Counted from the stretch's first letter, positions 36,987 to 46,399 are shown. The stretch: 64,000 nucleotides of DNA from Solirubrobacteraceae bacterium (GCA_044865965.1 JBIOTP010000097.1:5068-69067); one strand, 5' to 3'. The notes: generated by a model not told the origin, from the sequence alone. Numbers and translations are program-made.

Positions 36987-38123
36987 CTAACTTCCAGCCG
37001 GGAGGTCGCGCGCGTACACGCGCAGACGCCGCACGATGCGCCCGCCCATGGCCTCCATCGCCCGGTTCATGTTGCGGTTGGTCTCGAGGATCCAGCCCAT
37101 CTCGCCCCACTTGTACTGCGTGACGATCGCCCTGTCGAAGTGCTCGACGTACAGCGCCGCCGCGACGCCGGTGTGCTGGTACTCCGGCTTGACCCCGAGG
37201 AACCCGACCCGCACGCGGTCCATGATCCGGTTGCGGCGCAGGAAGTGCCACCAGCCGAGCGGCAGCAGCCGCCCGTTCATGCGGCGCAGCACCTGGTTGA
37301 TGTCCGGCACCGTGATCGCGATCGCGGCGGTGTCGCCGTCGGCGGTCTCGGCGACCATGAACCAGTCGCGGTCGAACACGAGCTGCAGCTCCTGCGCGTA
37401 GACGTCGAGGTCGCGCTTGGTGTACGGGACGAAGCCCCAGTTCTCGCTCCAGGCCGAGTTGTAGACCTCGGCGAAGCGGTCCATGTCGCGCCGCAGCGAC
37501 CGCCGGCTCATCTTGCGGATCGTGATCCCGTGGCGCGGCCCGAGATCCTCCGCGAGCTTGAAGATCACCGGCAGGATCTTCTCCCGGTCGGCGATCACGA
37601 GCTCCCAGAAGAAGAGATCCACCTCCTTCTGCAGGCCCGCCTCCTCGCAGCGCGCCTGGTAGTAGGGCGGGTGCCACGGCTGCTTGACCAGCGGCCGGCG
37701 CTCGTGGCCCTCGACGAGCACGCCGCTCTCGTCGTTCATCGTGAAGTCCATCGGCCCGACCATGCGGTCGCGCCCGTGCGCGCGCAGCCAGCCCTCGGCG
37801 GCCTCCAGCAGCGGCGGCAGCACGGCCGGGTCGTCCTCGAGCTCGAGGAATCCGAACATGCCCCAGCGGTTCCCGTGGTAGGCGTTGAAGCTCTCGTCGT
37901 ACTGGGCCGAGATGCGCCCGACCGCGCGCCCGTCGCGGCGCGCGAGGAACAGCTGCGCGTCGCCGTGGGAGAACAGCGGGTTCTGGCGGCGCGACAGGAA
38001 CAGCCGGCGCTCCAGCCGCAGCGGGGGCACCCACACGCCGGAGCTAGAGTGCAGCCGGAACGGGAGATCGATGAACTCCCGCAGGTCCCGCCGCGACGAG
38101 ACGGGACGCACCTCGACGCTCAC
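36987..38123 (-). CDS. YghO-like tandem GNAT; candidate bacterial ceramide synthase (bCerS)
   Basis: FIDLP..WVPPL..QNPLF..GRISA..FGFLE..GPMDFTMNDESGVLVEG..NWGFVP..PDINQ..WILETN; adjacent to spt. Confidence 0.75.
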   Translation of the reverse strand: MSVEVRPVSSRRDLREFIDLPFRLHSSSGVWVPPLRLERRLFLSRRQNPLFSHGDAQLFLARRDGRAVGRISAQYDESFNAYHGNRWGMFGFLELEDDPAVLPPLLEAAEGWLRAHGRDRMVGPMDFTMNDESGVLVEGHERRPLVKQPWHPPYYQARCEEAGLQKEVDLFFWELVIADREKILPVIFKLAEDLGPRHGITIRKMSRRSLRRDMDRFAEVYNSAWSENWGFVPYTKRDLDVYAQELQLVFDRDWFMVAETADGDTAAIAITVPDINQVLRRMNGRLLPLGWWHFLRRNRIMDRVRVGFLGVKPEYQHTGVAAALYVEHFDRAIVTQYKWGEMGWILETNRNMNRAMEAMGGRIVRRLRVYARDLPAGS

Positions 38124-38139
38124 GGAGACGCAACCCTAC

Positions 38140-39405
38140 ATGCCGACTGCCATCGACGTGTTCGCCAAGGTCCGCGGCCACGAGCGCTCCGAGCAGCTGC
38201 GCGCCGCGCGGGAGGCGGACCTGCTGCCCTACTTCCGGCGGCTCGAGGGCCCGGCCGGCCCGGTGGTGGAGATGGAGGGGGCCGAGCGGATCATGCTCGG
38301 CTCGAACAACTACCTCGGGCTGACCGCCGACGAGCGCGTCCGCCGCGCCGCGCGCGAGGCGCTCGACCGCTACGGCACCGGGCTCACGGGCTCGCGCCTG
38401 CTCAACGGCACGCTCGACCTGCACCTCGAGCTCGAGCGCGAGCTGGCGGAGTGGATGGGCACCGAGGAGGCGATCGTCTTCACCACCGGCCACCAGGCCA
38501 ACGTCGGCGCGCTGGGCACGCTGCTCGCGCCCGGCGACACCGTCATCGCCGACTCGGCCGACCACGCCTCGATCCTCGACGGCTGCCTGCTCTCGCGGGC
38601 CAAGCTGCGGCCGTTCCGCCACAACCGGCTCGACAAGCTCCAGAAGATGCTCGAGCGGGCCGCAGAGGACGACAGCGGCGCGCTCGTGGTGGTCGACGGC
38701 GTGTTCTCGATGGAGGGCGACGTCGCGCCGCTGCCGCAGATCGCCGAGCTGTGCCGGGCGCACGGCGCGCGGCTCATGGTCGACGAGGCGCACGCCGCCG
38801 GCGTGCTGGGCCCACGCGGGGCGGGCACCGCCGAGTTGTTCGGCATCGAGGACCAGGTCGACCTCCGGATGGGCACGTTCTCGAAGTCGCTCGCCTCGTG
38901 CGGCGGCTTCATCGCCGGCTCGCACGAGGTGATCGACTTCCTGCGCATCTCCTCACGGGCGTTCCTGTTCACCGCCGCCGGCGTACCCGCGGCGGTCGGC
39001 GCCGCGCTCGCCGCGCTGCGGATCGTCCGCTCGCCGGAGGGCCCGGAGCTGTTCGCGCGCGTGCTCGACAACGCCCGGTACCTCAACCGCGGGCTGCACG
39101 AGATCGGCTTCCGCGTGGTCGACCCCTACCCGCTGCCGGACGGCCGCGCTGTGATCACTCCTGTGGTGCCGGTCGTCGTCGGGGACGACTGGAAAGCGGT
39201 GTTGCTCTGGCGCGCCCTATACGACTCGGGCGTCTATGTCAACGTCGCGATCCACCCGGCCGTGCCCCCGGGCGGCGCGCTGCTGCGGACCAGCGTCATG
39301 GCGACGCACGACAGGGCGACGCTCGACCGCGCCCTGGCGACATTCGCCGAGGTAAGGGAGGTGTTCGAACACGAACACGGGCCACTCCCGACGGCGTCCC
39401 CATAG
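38140..39405 (+). CDS. spt: Serine palmitoyltransferase (AOS family PLP enzyme)
   Basis: PYFR, GSNNYLGLT, GSRLLNGTLDLH, HASILDG, DGVFSMEGD, DEAH, GTFSKSLAS, PAVP..LRTSVMATH. Confidence 0.78.
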   Translation: MPTAIDVFAKVRGHERSEQLRAAREADLLPYFRRLEGPAGPVVEMEGAERIMLGSNNYLGLTADERVRRAAREALDRYGTGLTGSRLLNGTLDLHLELERELAEWMGTEEAIVFTTGHQANVGALGTLLAPGDTVIADSADHASILDGCLLSRAKLRPFRHNRLDKLQKMLERAAEDDSGALVVVDGVFSMEGDVAPLPQIAELCRAHGARLMVDEAHAAGVLGPRGAGTAELFGIEDQVDLRMGTFSKSLASCGGFIAGSHEVIDFLRISSRAFLFTAAGVPAAVGAALAALRIVRSPEGPELFARVLDNARYLNRGLHEIGFRVVDPYPLPDGRAVITPVVPVVVGDDWKAVLLWRALYDSGVYVNVAIHPAVPPGGALLRTSVMATHDRATLDRALATFAEVREVFEHEHGPLPTASP

Positions 39406-39475
39406 CACATTTCCCGGACGGAAAACGTCACGCAAAAATCTCATGCTTTTTGCGAATGCAGAGGTTGGTTGAGCG

Positions 39476-39505
39476 TTGCTTCCGGGCGCGAATGGGGATT
39501 AGCCT
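39476..39505 (+). promoter_or_regulatory. Putative housekeeping-sigma promoter for the mIHF-like gene
   Basis: TTGCTT-N18-TAGCCT. Confidence 0.45.
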
Positions 39506-39704
39506 CCTCGCGGTCGAGCGCGAGGGCGCAGACGCTCCGGGAGAGGGAAACCGGAACAAGCGGGGCACGAAAGCGGCCTTCAGAGGGGCGGCGCGACGTC
39601 GTATGCGCGTCCTGAGGTCCGCCTCGAGCTGCGCGCTGCGCGGTCGGCCTGAATGCCAACGACGACCCCCCACCGCGAAAGGGTGGGACAAGCGGGGAGG
39701 TTCG

Positions 39705-40076
39705 ATGGACGTCACTGCGACAGCACCTGCGCCGCAGCACCTGCGGGCGCTCGAGCAGGCCAACCGCGTGCGACTTGCCCGCGCCGAGCTCAAGCGGCTT
39801 GTCGCCGAGGGCGAGGTGTCGGTGGCCGACGTCGTGCTGGAGTGCCCCTGGGAGGCCGACAGCATGGCGATCGCGGACCTGCTCCTGAGCCAGCATCGCT
39901 GGGGGCGCACACGCTGCCGCAGGTTCCTCGCGTCGATCCCCATGATGGAGACCAAGACCATCGGCTCGATGACCGAGCGCCAGCGCCGTGCACTCGCGAC
40001 GCAACTGGGTGGGGACCCCGGACCGGCGCCAAACCACAGCTACGGCTTGGCGAGCATGGACTTCGCGAGGGCCTAG
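39705..40076 (+). CDS. Actinobacterial integration host factor-like (mIHF/sIHF) nucleoid protein
   Basis: ALEQANRVRLARAELKR, H2TH-like LLLSQHRWGRTR, IGSMTERQRRAL; GGAGG RBS. Confidence 0.8.
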   Translation: MDVTATAPAPQHLRALEQANRVRLARAELKRLVAEGEVSVADVVLECPWEADSMAIADLLLSQHRWGRTRCRRFLASIPMMETKTIGSMTERQRRALATQLGGDPGPAPNHSYGLASMDFARA

Positions 40077-40105
40077 AGACGCTTGCGGCGCCGGCGGCCG
40101 GCTCG

Positions 40106-40543
40106 CTACGTGGGCCGCCCGCCGGCGCCGAAGCCGGGGCCGCGCGTGGCGATCTCGACGATGTGGCCGTCGGGGTCGCGGATGTAGATCGAGCGGAACG
40201 AGCCGCGGTCGAGGACGTCGGTGCACGCGACGCCGCGGCTGCGCAGGTAGTCACGCCACGCCTCCTGCTCCTCCGCCGAGTCGACCACGAGCGCGAAGTG
40301 GTGCGTCGAGCCGACGCCGACGACGCCCTCGGGCAGCTGCGGGTACTGCATGAAGCTCAGCAGCGCGCCGGGCTCGCCGCCGAACCACACGTGGCGGGTG
40401 CCGGGGTCGTCGTCGGAAGGGCCGTCGTGAGCGATGCCGAGGCCCAAAATGTCGCGATAGAACGCGATCGTCCGCTCGAGGTCACGGCAGATCGCCGTCA
40501 CGTGGTGCAGCCCGCGGAGCCGCATGCGCTTCTCATCCGCCAC
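40106..40543 (-). CDS. VOC/glyoxalase family protein
   Basis: GLHHVT, FYRDILG, HHFAL, SIYIRDPDGHIVEIAT. Confidence 0.9.
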   Translation of the reverse strand: MADEKRMRLRGLHHVTAICRDLERTIAFYRDILGLGIAHDGPSDDDPGTRHVWFGGEPGALLSFMQYPQLPEGVVGVGSTHHFALVVDSAEEQEAWRDYLRSRGVACTDVLDRGSFRSIYIRDPDGHIVEIATRGPGFGAGGRPT

Positions 40544-40596
40544 GCGGATGAGCCTACTGCGGGGGCGCGGCCGGTGGCCGGGCCCCCGCGTAGGTG

Positions 40597-41184
40597 CTAG
40601 TCGTGGTGCTTGCGGTCGTCGTCGGAGATCTGCCCGCGGATCTCCCCGCCGGGATTGACCGTCGTGTGGATGTTCGCGTACGTGATGCCCGCGCGGATCG
40701 CCGCCACGAGCTCGTTGAACTCGCCCGCGGCAATCCCCTGGGACGCCGGGCCGATCACGCTCGCCGGCGTGATCGTGCCGGTGACCGTCACGCGGCTGCC
40801 GTCCGCCGGTGGCTGCGGGCAGACCGGCGTGCCCGCGGGGCCGGGGTTCGACGTGGTGCCGCACAGGAACGCCGAGATGCCGCCGTTGACGCTGAACTGC
40901 CCGAAGTGGATGTGCGCCTGCGTCACCGCGCCGGGCGCCGGCGGGGTGCCGCCGGTGTTGAACGGCCCCGAATACGAGAGCGTGTAGACGATCTCGTCGG
41001 CGTTGCGATTGATGAACGCCCTGAACGTGCCGTTGGCCGCCGTCGACTGCGCCGGGACCTCCTCGTAGCCGATGAGGTCCGCGCGGATCTTGGACGCGCG
41101 GTCGTGCGCCACGGCGCCCGTCGCGATCACGCCGGCGCCGAGGACCGCCACGCCGAGCGCTAACTTGACCCGAAGCGACTGCAC
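40597..41184 (-). CDS. Secreted CHRD-domain protein
   Basis: LIGYEEVP, AHIH, YANIHT..PGGEIRGQI; AGGAGG RBS. Confidence 0.9.
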   Translation of the reverse strand: MQSLRVKLALGVAVLGAGVIATGAVAHDRASKIRADLIGYEEVPAQSTAANGTFRAFINRNADEIVYTLSYSGPFNTGGTPPAPGAVTQAHIHFGQFSVNGGISAFLCGTTSNPGPAGTPVCPQPPADGSRVTVTGTITPASVIGPASQGIAAGEFNELVAAIRAGITYANIHTTVNPGGEIRGQISDDDRKHHD

Positions 41185-41220
41185 TCCCTACCTCCTATGA
41201 AAGGGTGTGGTCGCGTGGTG

Positions 41221-41685
41221 CTACGTACGCGCGCGCGAGATGGTTCGGCGCCAGATTCGCCGGAGTCCGGCGAACGCCGCGACGAACACGGCGGCGACGA
41301 CGAGCACCGCGGCGATCCACGGCGCGCCGGCGAGGCCGACCGCGGTGCCGGCGGCGAGCGCGGGCAGGGCGGCCAGCACGAGCGTGTGTGAGCGGTAGCC
41401 GGCGAAGTGCTCGCGCAGGGTCGTGTCGAGGCCCCCGAGCGAGCCGAGCGCGAGGCCGCACACGATCATCACCTTGCCGCGCGCGTCGTCGCGCGTCAGC
41501 ACGCCGGCGATCAGCAGCACGATGCCGGCGAGGATCGACAGCTCGACGAGCGGGAACGGGTGCCACGGCGCCTTCGGGCGCTCCTCGATCCTCTGCGCGA
41601 GGGTGGGCCGCGGCGGGCGCGGGGGCACGCCGGAGCCCCCGGAGCCGGATCGGCGCCGGCGGCGCTTGCGCGCGTGGCGGCTCAT
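41221..41685 (-). CDS. Membrane hypothetical protein
   Basis: ERPKAPWHPFPLVEL, REHFAGYRSHT, 4 TM. Confidence 0.7.
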   Translation of the reverse strand: MSRHARKRRRRRSGSGGSGVPPRPPRPTLAQRIEERPKAPWHPFPLVELSILAGIVLLIAGVLTRDDARGKVMIVCGLALGSLGGLDTTLREHFAGYRSHTLVLAALPALAAGTAVGLAGAPWIAAVLVVAAVFVAAFAGLRRIWRRTISRART

Positions 41686-41689
41686 GGGT

Positions 41690-42163
41690 CTATGGGGTCG
41701 ATAACGGGCAGCCGGAGGAGATCTTCACGCGCCACCAGCCGCTCAGCAACCCGACGGGCCCGAGGCGCGGCAGCACGTGGTAGCTCCTGCAGCCGGGCCG
41801 GCCGAGGTCGGCGTTGCTCAGGCGGGTCCACTTGTGCGCGGGCGGGTCGGCGAGCATCGCGTCGAGCAGTGCGCGCGCCTCGGCCTGGCTCGCCGCCTGA
41901 TCCACGGCGGCCGCGCGCGCCTCCTGCGAGCGGGCGGCCAGCTCGTCCCGGATCCGCTCGAGCTCCCCGAGCCCGAGCAGCCGCGGCGCGGCGGCACGGC
42001 GGCGCTCCGGGGCCGGGACCGCCACGGGCGGCCAGGTCGAGGCGAGCAACCCGGCGAGCTCGGCCTCGAGGCGGTCGATCTGGACGCGCAGCGAGCGCCG
42101 CGCGGCGCGCTCGTCGACGACGACCGTGATTTCCGGCGCAAGGCGGGTCTCTAAGACCGGCAT
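41690..42163 (-). CDS. Hypothetical protein
   Basis: Coiled coil + HKW..GC..WWRVKISSGCP C-terminus. Confidence 0.65.
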   Translation of the reverse strand: MPVLETRLAPEITVVVDERAARRSLRVQIDRLEAELAGLLASTWPPVAVPAPERRRAAAPRLLGLGELERIRDELAARSQEARAAAVDQAASQAEARALLDAMLADPPAHKWTRLSNADLGRPGCRSYHVLPRLGPVGLLSGWWRVKISSGCPLSTP

Positions 42164-42360
42164 GCCCGCGACCGAGCGTACCCACCAGCGCCGAGCGTCA
42201 AGCCGGAAGTGGGTGCGATGCCTCACACGAGCCCGTATCTCAGGGGGTGTACCGGCTAACCGTCGCCACGCGACAGTTCCCGGTGCACCCCCGGCGTTCG
42301 CCGCGCGGGCGGCGCCCTCATCCCCTCACCTGCCCGCCGTTCAATCGCCTCGGGCCCGCG

Positions 42361-42969
42361 TCAGGCGGACATGATCTCCCAGGCGATCCACAAGGCCTCC
42401 TCGACCGCGATGTCCGGCACGCCGGGCGCGATCACGGCGTAGAGCGCGAGCCGGCGCGTCGCGTGGCCGACCGCCCGCTCCCCGGCCGGCGGCGCGAACA
42501 GGTCGGCGACCGGTCCCGCGTCGTCGGCGACGGCGACGCGGCCGGCGCTCTGGCGCAGGCCGAGCGGGCCGCGCAGCCCGCCGGCGTCCAGCGCCCACAC
42601 GCCGACCTCGGTCTCCACCGTCGCCGCCAGCAGCGCGTCGTGGAGCAGGCGCTCGGACGGGAAGGCGCCGACCATCAGCCGCTCCATGACCAGCTCCTCG
42701 ATCGGGACCCGGTGGACATCGGGCTCGAGCCCGAGGTGGCGGAACAGGACGCGGTAGGCGTGCGGGATCGGGCGGCTGCGCAGCGCCATCGCCGTCGCCC
42801 CGCGGACGCGGTCGGACAGGGCGCGCAGCCGTTGTCGCAGCTCCGGCGGCGAGGGCCCGAGCGGGTCGCGCGCGAGCGGGAACTCCGACCACGCGAGGCC
42901 GAGGCCGGGCAGCTCGGCGGCGATCGCGGGGTCCACCGGTCCCGCGAGGACGGCCGGCTCCTCGATCAC
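42361..42969 (-). CDS. B3/4 (PheRS-beta editing-like) domain protein, divergent
   Basis: AYRVLFRHLGLEPD..R.PIE, VADDAGP; GTGA-coupled to the upstream gene. Confidence 0.65.
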   Translation of the reverse strand: MIEEPAVLAGPVDPAIAAELPGLGLAWSEFPLARDPLGPSPPELRQRLRALSDRVRGATAMALRSRPIPHAYRVLFRHLGLEPDVHRVPIEELVMERLMVGAFPSERLLHDALLAATVETEVGVWALDAGGLRGPLGLRQSAGRVAVADDAGPVADLFAPPAGERAVGHATRRLALYAVIAPGVPDIAVEEALWIAWEIMSA

Positions 42970-43661
42970 GGCCGGATCCGCCGCACCCAGCGCTCGACGA
43001 CGGCGGCGTCGAGCGTCCCCACGGTGCTGCCCGCAACCTCTCCGCCGCGCCGGGCGAAGGTGATCGTGGGGCACACCACGACCGCGTACTCGTTGGCCAC
43101 GGCCCCGTCGTGGTCGTAGCCCACCGGCAGCCGCCACCGACGCGCGCTCACCAGCGCCCGCGCGCCGGCGCCGTCGGAGCGCACGAGGACCGCCGCGAAC
43201 GCGACGTCGGGGAACCGCGCGCGCACGCGCTCGAGCACGTCGACCTGGTCGCGGCAGCGGCCGACCGGCGCGAACAGGAACGCGAGCACCAGCGGCCCGC
43301 GCGCGGCGAGCTGGCAGGAGTTCAGGATGTCCGGCCCGCGAACCTCGCACGCGGGCCGGGCGCCCGCCCGGCCCTGGCCGGCGCGCGTCGCGACGTTGGC
43401 GTCGCAGCGCCCGGAGCAGCGCGACGTCGCCAGCGGCATCGCGAACGGCGGCAACGAGCGGCCCGCCTCCAGCCCGCGCGAGCCCGGCGACTCGGTGCGC
43501 ACGGTGTTGAGCGTGATCCAGCCCAGAAGGATCAGGACGAGCAGCACGAAGCCCCACCGGACGCGCGGGAGGCGCGGCGCTCCGGGCGGGCGCGACGAGT
43601 TCGGTGGGGGCAGCGACGAGTCCGCGGCGGGCGGGTCGCCGCCCGCGCCCGGCCCGCTCAC
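42966..43661 (-). CDS. Membrane-anchored TlpA/redoxin-fold protein lacking canonical CxxC
   Basis: TM helix, GxxLPPFAMP, PLVLAF, YDHDGAVANEYAVVVCPTITF. Confidence 0.65.
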   Translation of the reverse strand: MSGPGAGGDPPAADSSLPPPNSSRPPGAPRLPRVRWGFVLLVLILLGWITLNTVRTESPGSRGLEAGRSLPPFAMPLATSRCSGRCDANVATRAGQGRAGARPACEVRGPDILNSCQLAARGPLVLAFLFAPVGRCRDQVDVLERVRARFPDVAFAAVLVRSDGAGARALVSARRWRLPVGYDHDGAVANEYAVVVCPTITFARRGGEVAGSTVGTLDAAVVERWVRRIRP

Positions 43662-46399
43662 GCCGTGACGGCGGCGCGGCCGCGGCGGGCCGCCGCCGGG
43701 GCTCGGCGGGCGGAGCGCCGCTCGGCGAGCACGAGCACGGCCGGCAGGACGCCGAGCACGCCGAGCAGCGAGACGCTGAGGTCGACGACCGTGACGAGGC
43801 CGAAGTCGCGCAGCATCGCCACGTCGGACGCGATCAGCACGGCGAAGCCGGCGATCGCGGTGACGCCGGAGGCCAGCACCGCGGCGCCGGTGGAGCGGTA
43901 GGTCCGCGCGAGCGCCTCGGGCGCGTCGAGGCCGGCGCCGCGCTCCTCGCGGAAGCGGGCGGCCAGCAGGACCGCGAACTCGGTCGAGATCGCGATCACG
44001 AGCGCGCCGAGGGCCGCCGACATCGGGTTCAGCGGCACCCGCAAGGCGAACAGCACGAGCGCCGACCAGCCGGTGGCGAGCGCGATCGGCACGAGCGGCA
44101 CCCAGGCCCGCGCCCAGCTCCGGTACACGGCCCACAGCGCGAGCGCGACCGCCAGCAGGCCGGCCAGCGTCGTGGCCAGCCGCCGCAGCGGATCGGCCAG
44201 CGCGTGGTTCGCGTCGGCAGCCAGCACCGGCACGCCGGCGAGGCGCGCGCGCACGCCGGAGGGCGGCTTGAGCCCAGCGCGCATGTCCTCGAACGCCGCG
44301 TGCTGGCGCTCGAGCGACTCCAGCCGGATGCCGAAAGCGAGCACGGCCGTGCGGCGGTCGGGCGTGATCGCAGCGCGCGAGAAGTACGGCGGCACCGCGT
44401 CCAGCAGCGCGCGGATTCGCTCGCGGGTGGCGGCGGACTCCGGCGTGCGGAAGAGGTCGGGCAGCGACAGCGCCGGGCACAGCTCGGCGCGCCCGCAGCC
44501 GCGCCCGGCGGAGTAGCCGTGGCGCCGCAGCATCGTCGCCTGGTAGCGGCGCATCCAGCCGACCACCTTCGGGTCCGTGAGGTCGCGGGCCTCCACGAGC
44601 ACGTTGACCTCGCCGGCGACGCCGGTCTCGCGCTGCAGCGTGTCGAGGTCGCGGACCGCGGCGAGGTCCTGCGGCACGAGACGCGGGAGGTCGGAGACCA
44701 CCTCCGTGCGCGTCTCCATCGCCCAGCCCGCGGCGGCGGCCACGAGCGCGACGGCGAGCACGCGCCGCGGGTGGGCGACGGCCGCGCCAAGCACGCCGCG
44801 GCCGCCCGGCGCAAGCGCCCGCAGCGGCCGGCCCGCCGCCCGCGCCGCCCCGTCCACCAGCTCCCCGGCGCCCCGCAGCGAGCGCGCGAGCGGCCCGTCG
44901 GGCCGGCCCCGGCGCGCGATCAGCACGAGCGCCGCCGTCCCGGCGGTGAGCGCCAGCGCCAGCCCGATCGCCACGCCCGCCACGAGCAGCGCGCCGAACC
45001 CGCGCACCATCGGCACCGGCGAGAGCAGCAGCACGAGGAAGCCGACACCGGTCGCGAGCGCGGCGGTGGAGATCGCGGGCACGGCGCGCGCCGCCGCGCG
45101 CACGGCACCTGCCGCCCCGGCCTCGCCGCGCGCCGCTGCCCCGGCCTCGCCACGCGCCGCCGCCCCGGCCTCGCCGCGCGCCGCCGCCCCGGCCTCGCCA
45201 CGCGCCGGCGCCCCGCTCTCGCCGCGGGCCTCCGCCCCGGTCTCGCCGCCGGCCGCCGCCGCCGCGCCCCCCTCCTCGACGCGTGCCTGGTACTGGATCG
45301 CGTAGTCCACCGCCAAGCCCAGCAGCACCGGCAGGACCGCGATCGAGGCCATTGTCAGGGGGAGGCCGAGCAGCGACAGCCCGCCGAACGTGACCCCCGC
45401 CGCGGCGAGCGCGATCGCCAGCGGCAGCAGGCGCGCGCGCGAGCGGAAGAGCAGCGCGAGCACCGCCGCCATCACCGCCACCGCCACCAGCAGCAGCCGC
45501 AGCGTCGAGGCGGCCAGGGCGCCCGAGAGGTCGCGCGCGACGACCGGCACGCCGGTGACGACGTACGCGCCGCCCTGCAACCGCCACTGCGGCATCCGCA
45601 CCGCCCCCCGCACGAGCGCGATCGCGCGCTCGCGCTGCGCCTCGGAGAGGTCGGGCTTCAGCCGCACCGAGACGAGCGCGGCGTCCGCGCTCGGGAACAG
45701 GTACGCGAAGCGCGCCTTCGGCGTCCGCGCCCCGCGCTCGGGATCGAAGACGAGCTGGTAGATGAAGTCCGGGTCGTTGATCTTCGGCGCGCCGGTCAGG
45801 TTGAGCCCGTACTTGGCGTCCATCTCCAGCAGGTCGCGCGCGAACTCGGCGTAGACGAGCTTCTCGGCCGCCTTCCCGAGCCGCCGCTGCTCGGCCGGCG
45901 GCTTGCCCTGCCGGCGCGCGAGCGCCCGCGCCGCGGCCGCGGCGCGGTCCGCCTGCGCCGCCCGCGCGCGCGTCTGCGTCTGCAGCTGCTCCGTGATCTC
46001 CCCCACCGCCGCGTTGATGAACGTCCCGGGCCCGTAGACCACCTGCACCGGCTTCTCGCGCGCGAGCGCCCCGCACGGCGAGCCCGCCCCGCCGGGAAGC
46101 TGCGCGCCCGCCGGCGCGTTGCCCGCCAGGCAGCCCTCGAGCCCGAGCACCCGGTTGAGGTTCTCGGTCAGCACGAGCCGCGCGACGTCGCCGCGCACGA
46201 GCACGTAGATCGCGTCGTCGCCGAACCGCGCGTGCGCGACGCCGGTCGCCCGCGCCGCGTCGCTGCCGCCGCCCACGAGCGTCGAGGTCGCCGCGCTCGG
46301 CTCGAGCCGCAGCGCCAGCGCCGCCCCCAGCGCGGCCACCACCGCCGCGAGCGCCAGCGCCCGGCCCGGGCGCCGCGCCGCCACGCGCACCAGGCGCAT
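43658..46399 (-). CDS. MMPL/RND-family lipid transporter
   Basis: Two repeats of TM + large loop + 5 TM; GLAVDYAIQ and AISTEFAVL motifs. Confidence 0.88.
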   Translation of the reverse strand: MRLVRVAARRPGRALALAAVVAALGAALALRLEPSAATSTLVGGGSDAARATGVAHARFGDDAIYVLVRGDVARLVLTENLNRVLGLEGCLAGNAPAGAQLPGGAGSPCGALAREKPVQVVYGPGTFINAAVGEITEQLQTQTRARAAQADRAAAAARALARRQGKPPAEQRRLGKAAEKLVYAEFARDLLEMDAKYGLNLTGAPKINDPDFIYQLVFDPERGARTPKARFAYLFPSADAALVSVRLKPDLSEAQRERAIALVRGAVRMPQWRLQGGAYVVTGVPVVARDLSGALAASTLRLLLVAVAVMAAVLALLFRSRARLLPLAIALAAAGVTFGGLSLLGLPLTMASIAVLPVLLGLAVDYAIQYQARVEEGGAAAAAGGETGAEARGESGAPARGEAGAAARGEAGAAARGEAGAAARGEAGAAGAVRAAARAVPAISTAALATGVGFLVLLLSPVPMVRGFGALLVAGVAIGLALALTAGTAALVLIARRGRPDGPLARSLRGAGELVDGAARAAGRPLRALAPGGRGVLGAAVAHPRRVLAVALVAAAAGWAMETRTEVVSDLPRLVPQDLAAVRDLDTLQRETGVAGEVNVLVEARDLTDPKVVGWMRRYQATMLRRHGYSAGRGCGRAELCPALSLPDLFRTPESAATRERIRALLDAVPPYFSRAAITPDRRTAVLAFGIRLESLERQHAAFEDMRAGLKPPSGVRARLAGVPVLAADANHALADPLRRLATTLAGLLAVALALWAVYRSWARAWVPLVPIALATGWSALVLFALRVPLNPMSAALGALVIAISTEFAVLLAARFREERGAGLDAPEALARTYRSTGAAVLASGVTAIAGFAVLIASDVAMLRDFGLVTVVDLSVSLLGVLGVLPAVLVLAERRSARRAPAAARRGRAAVTA
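45111..45250. repeat. 24-bp tandem repeat inside the MMPL gene
   Basis: ARGEAGAA x4-5; CCTCGCC at 45121, 45145, 45169, 45193. Confidence 0.85.

Noticed and set aside
38140-39405. Annotation as bioF or kbl
   Set aside because: No bio or tdh genes nearby; the GTFSKS motif and bCerS/FA2H neighbours favour Spt, though phylogeny is needed to exclude it.
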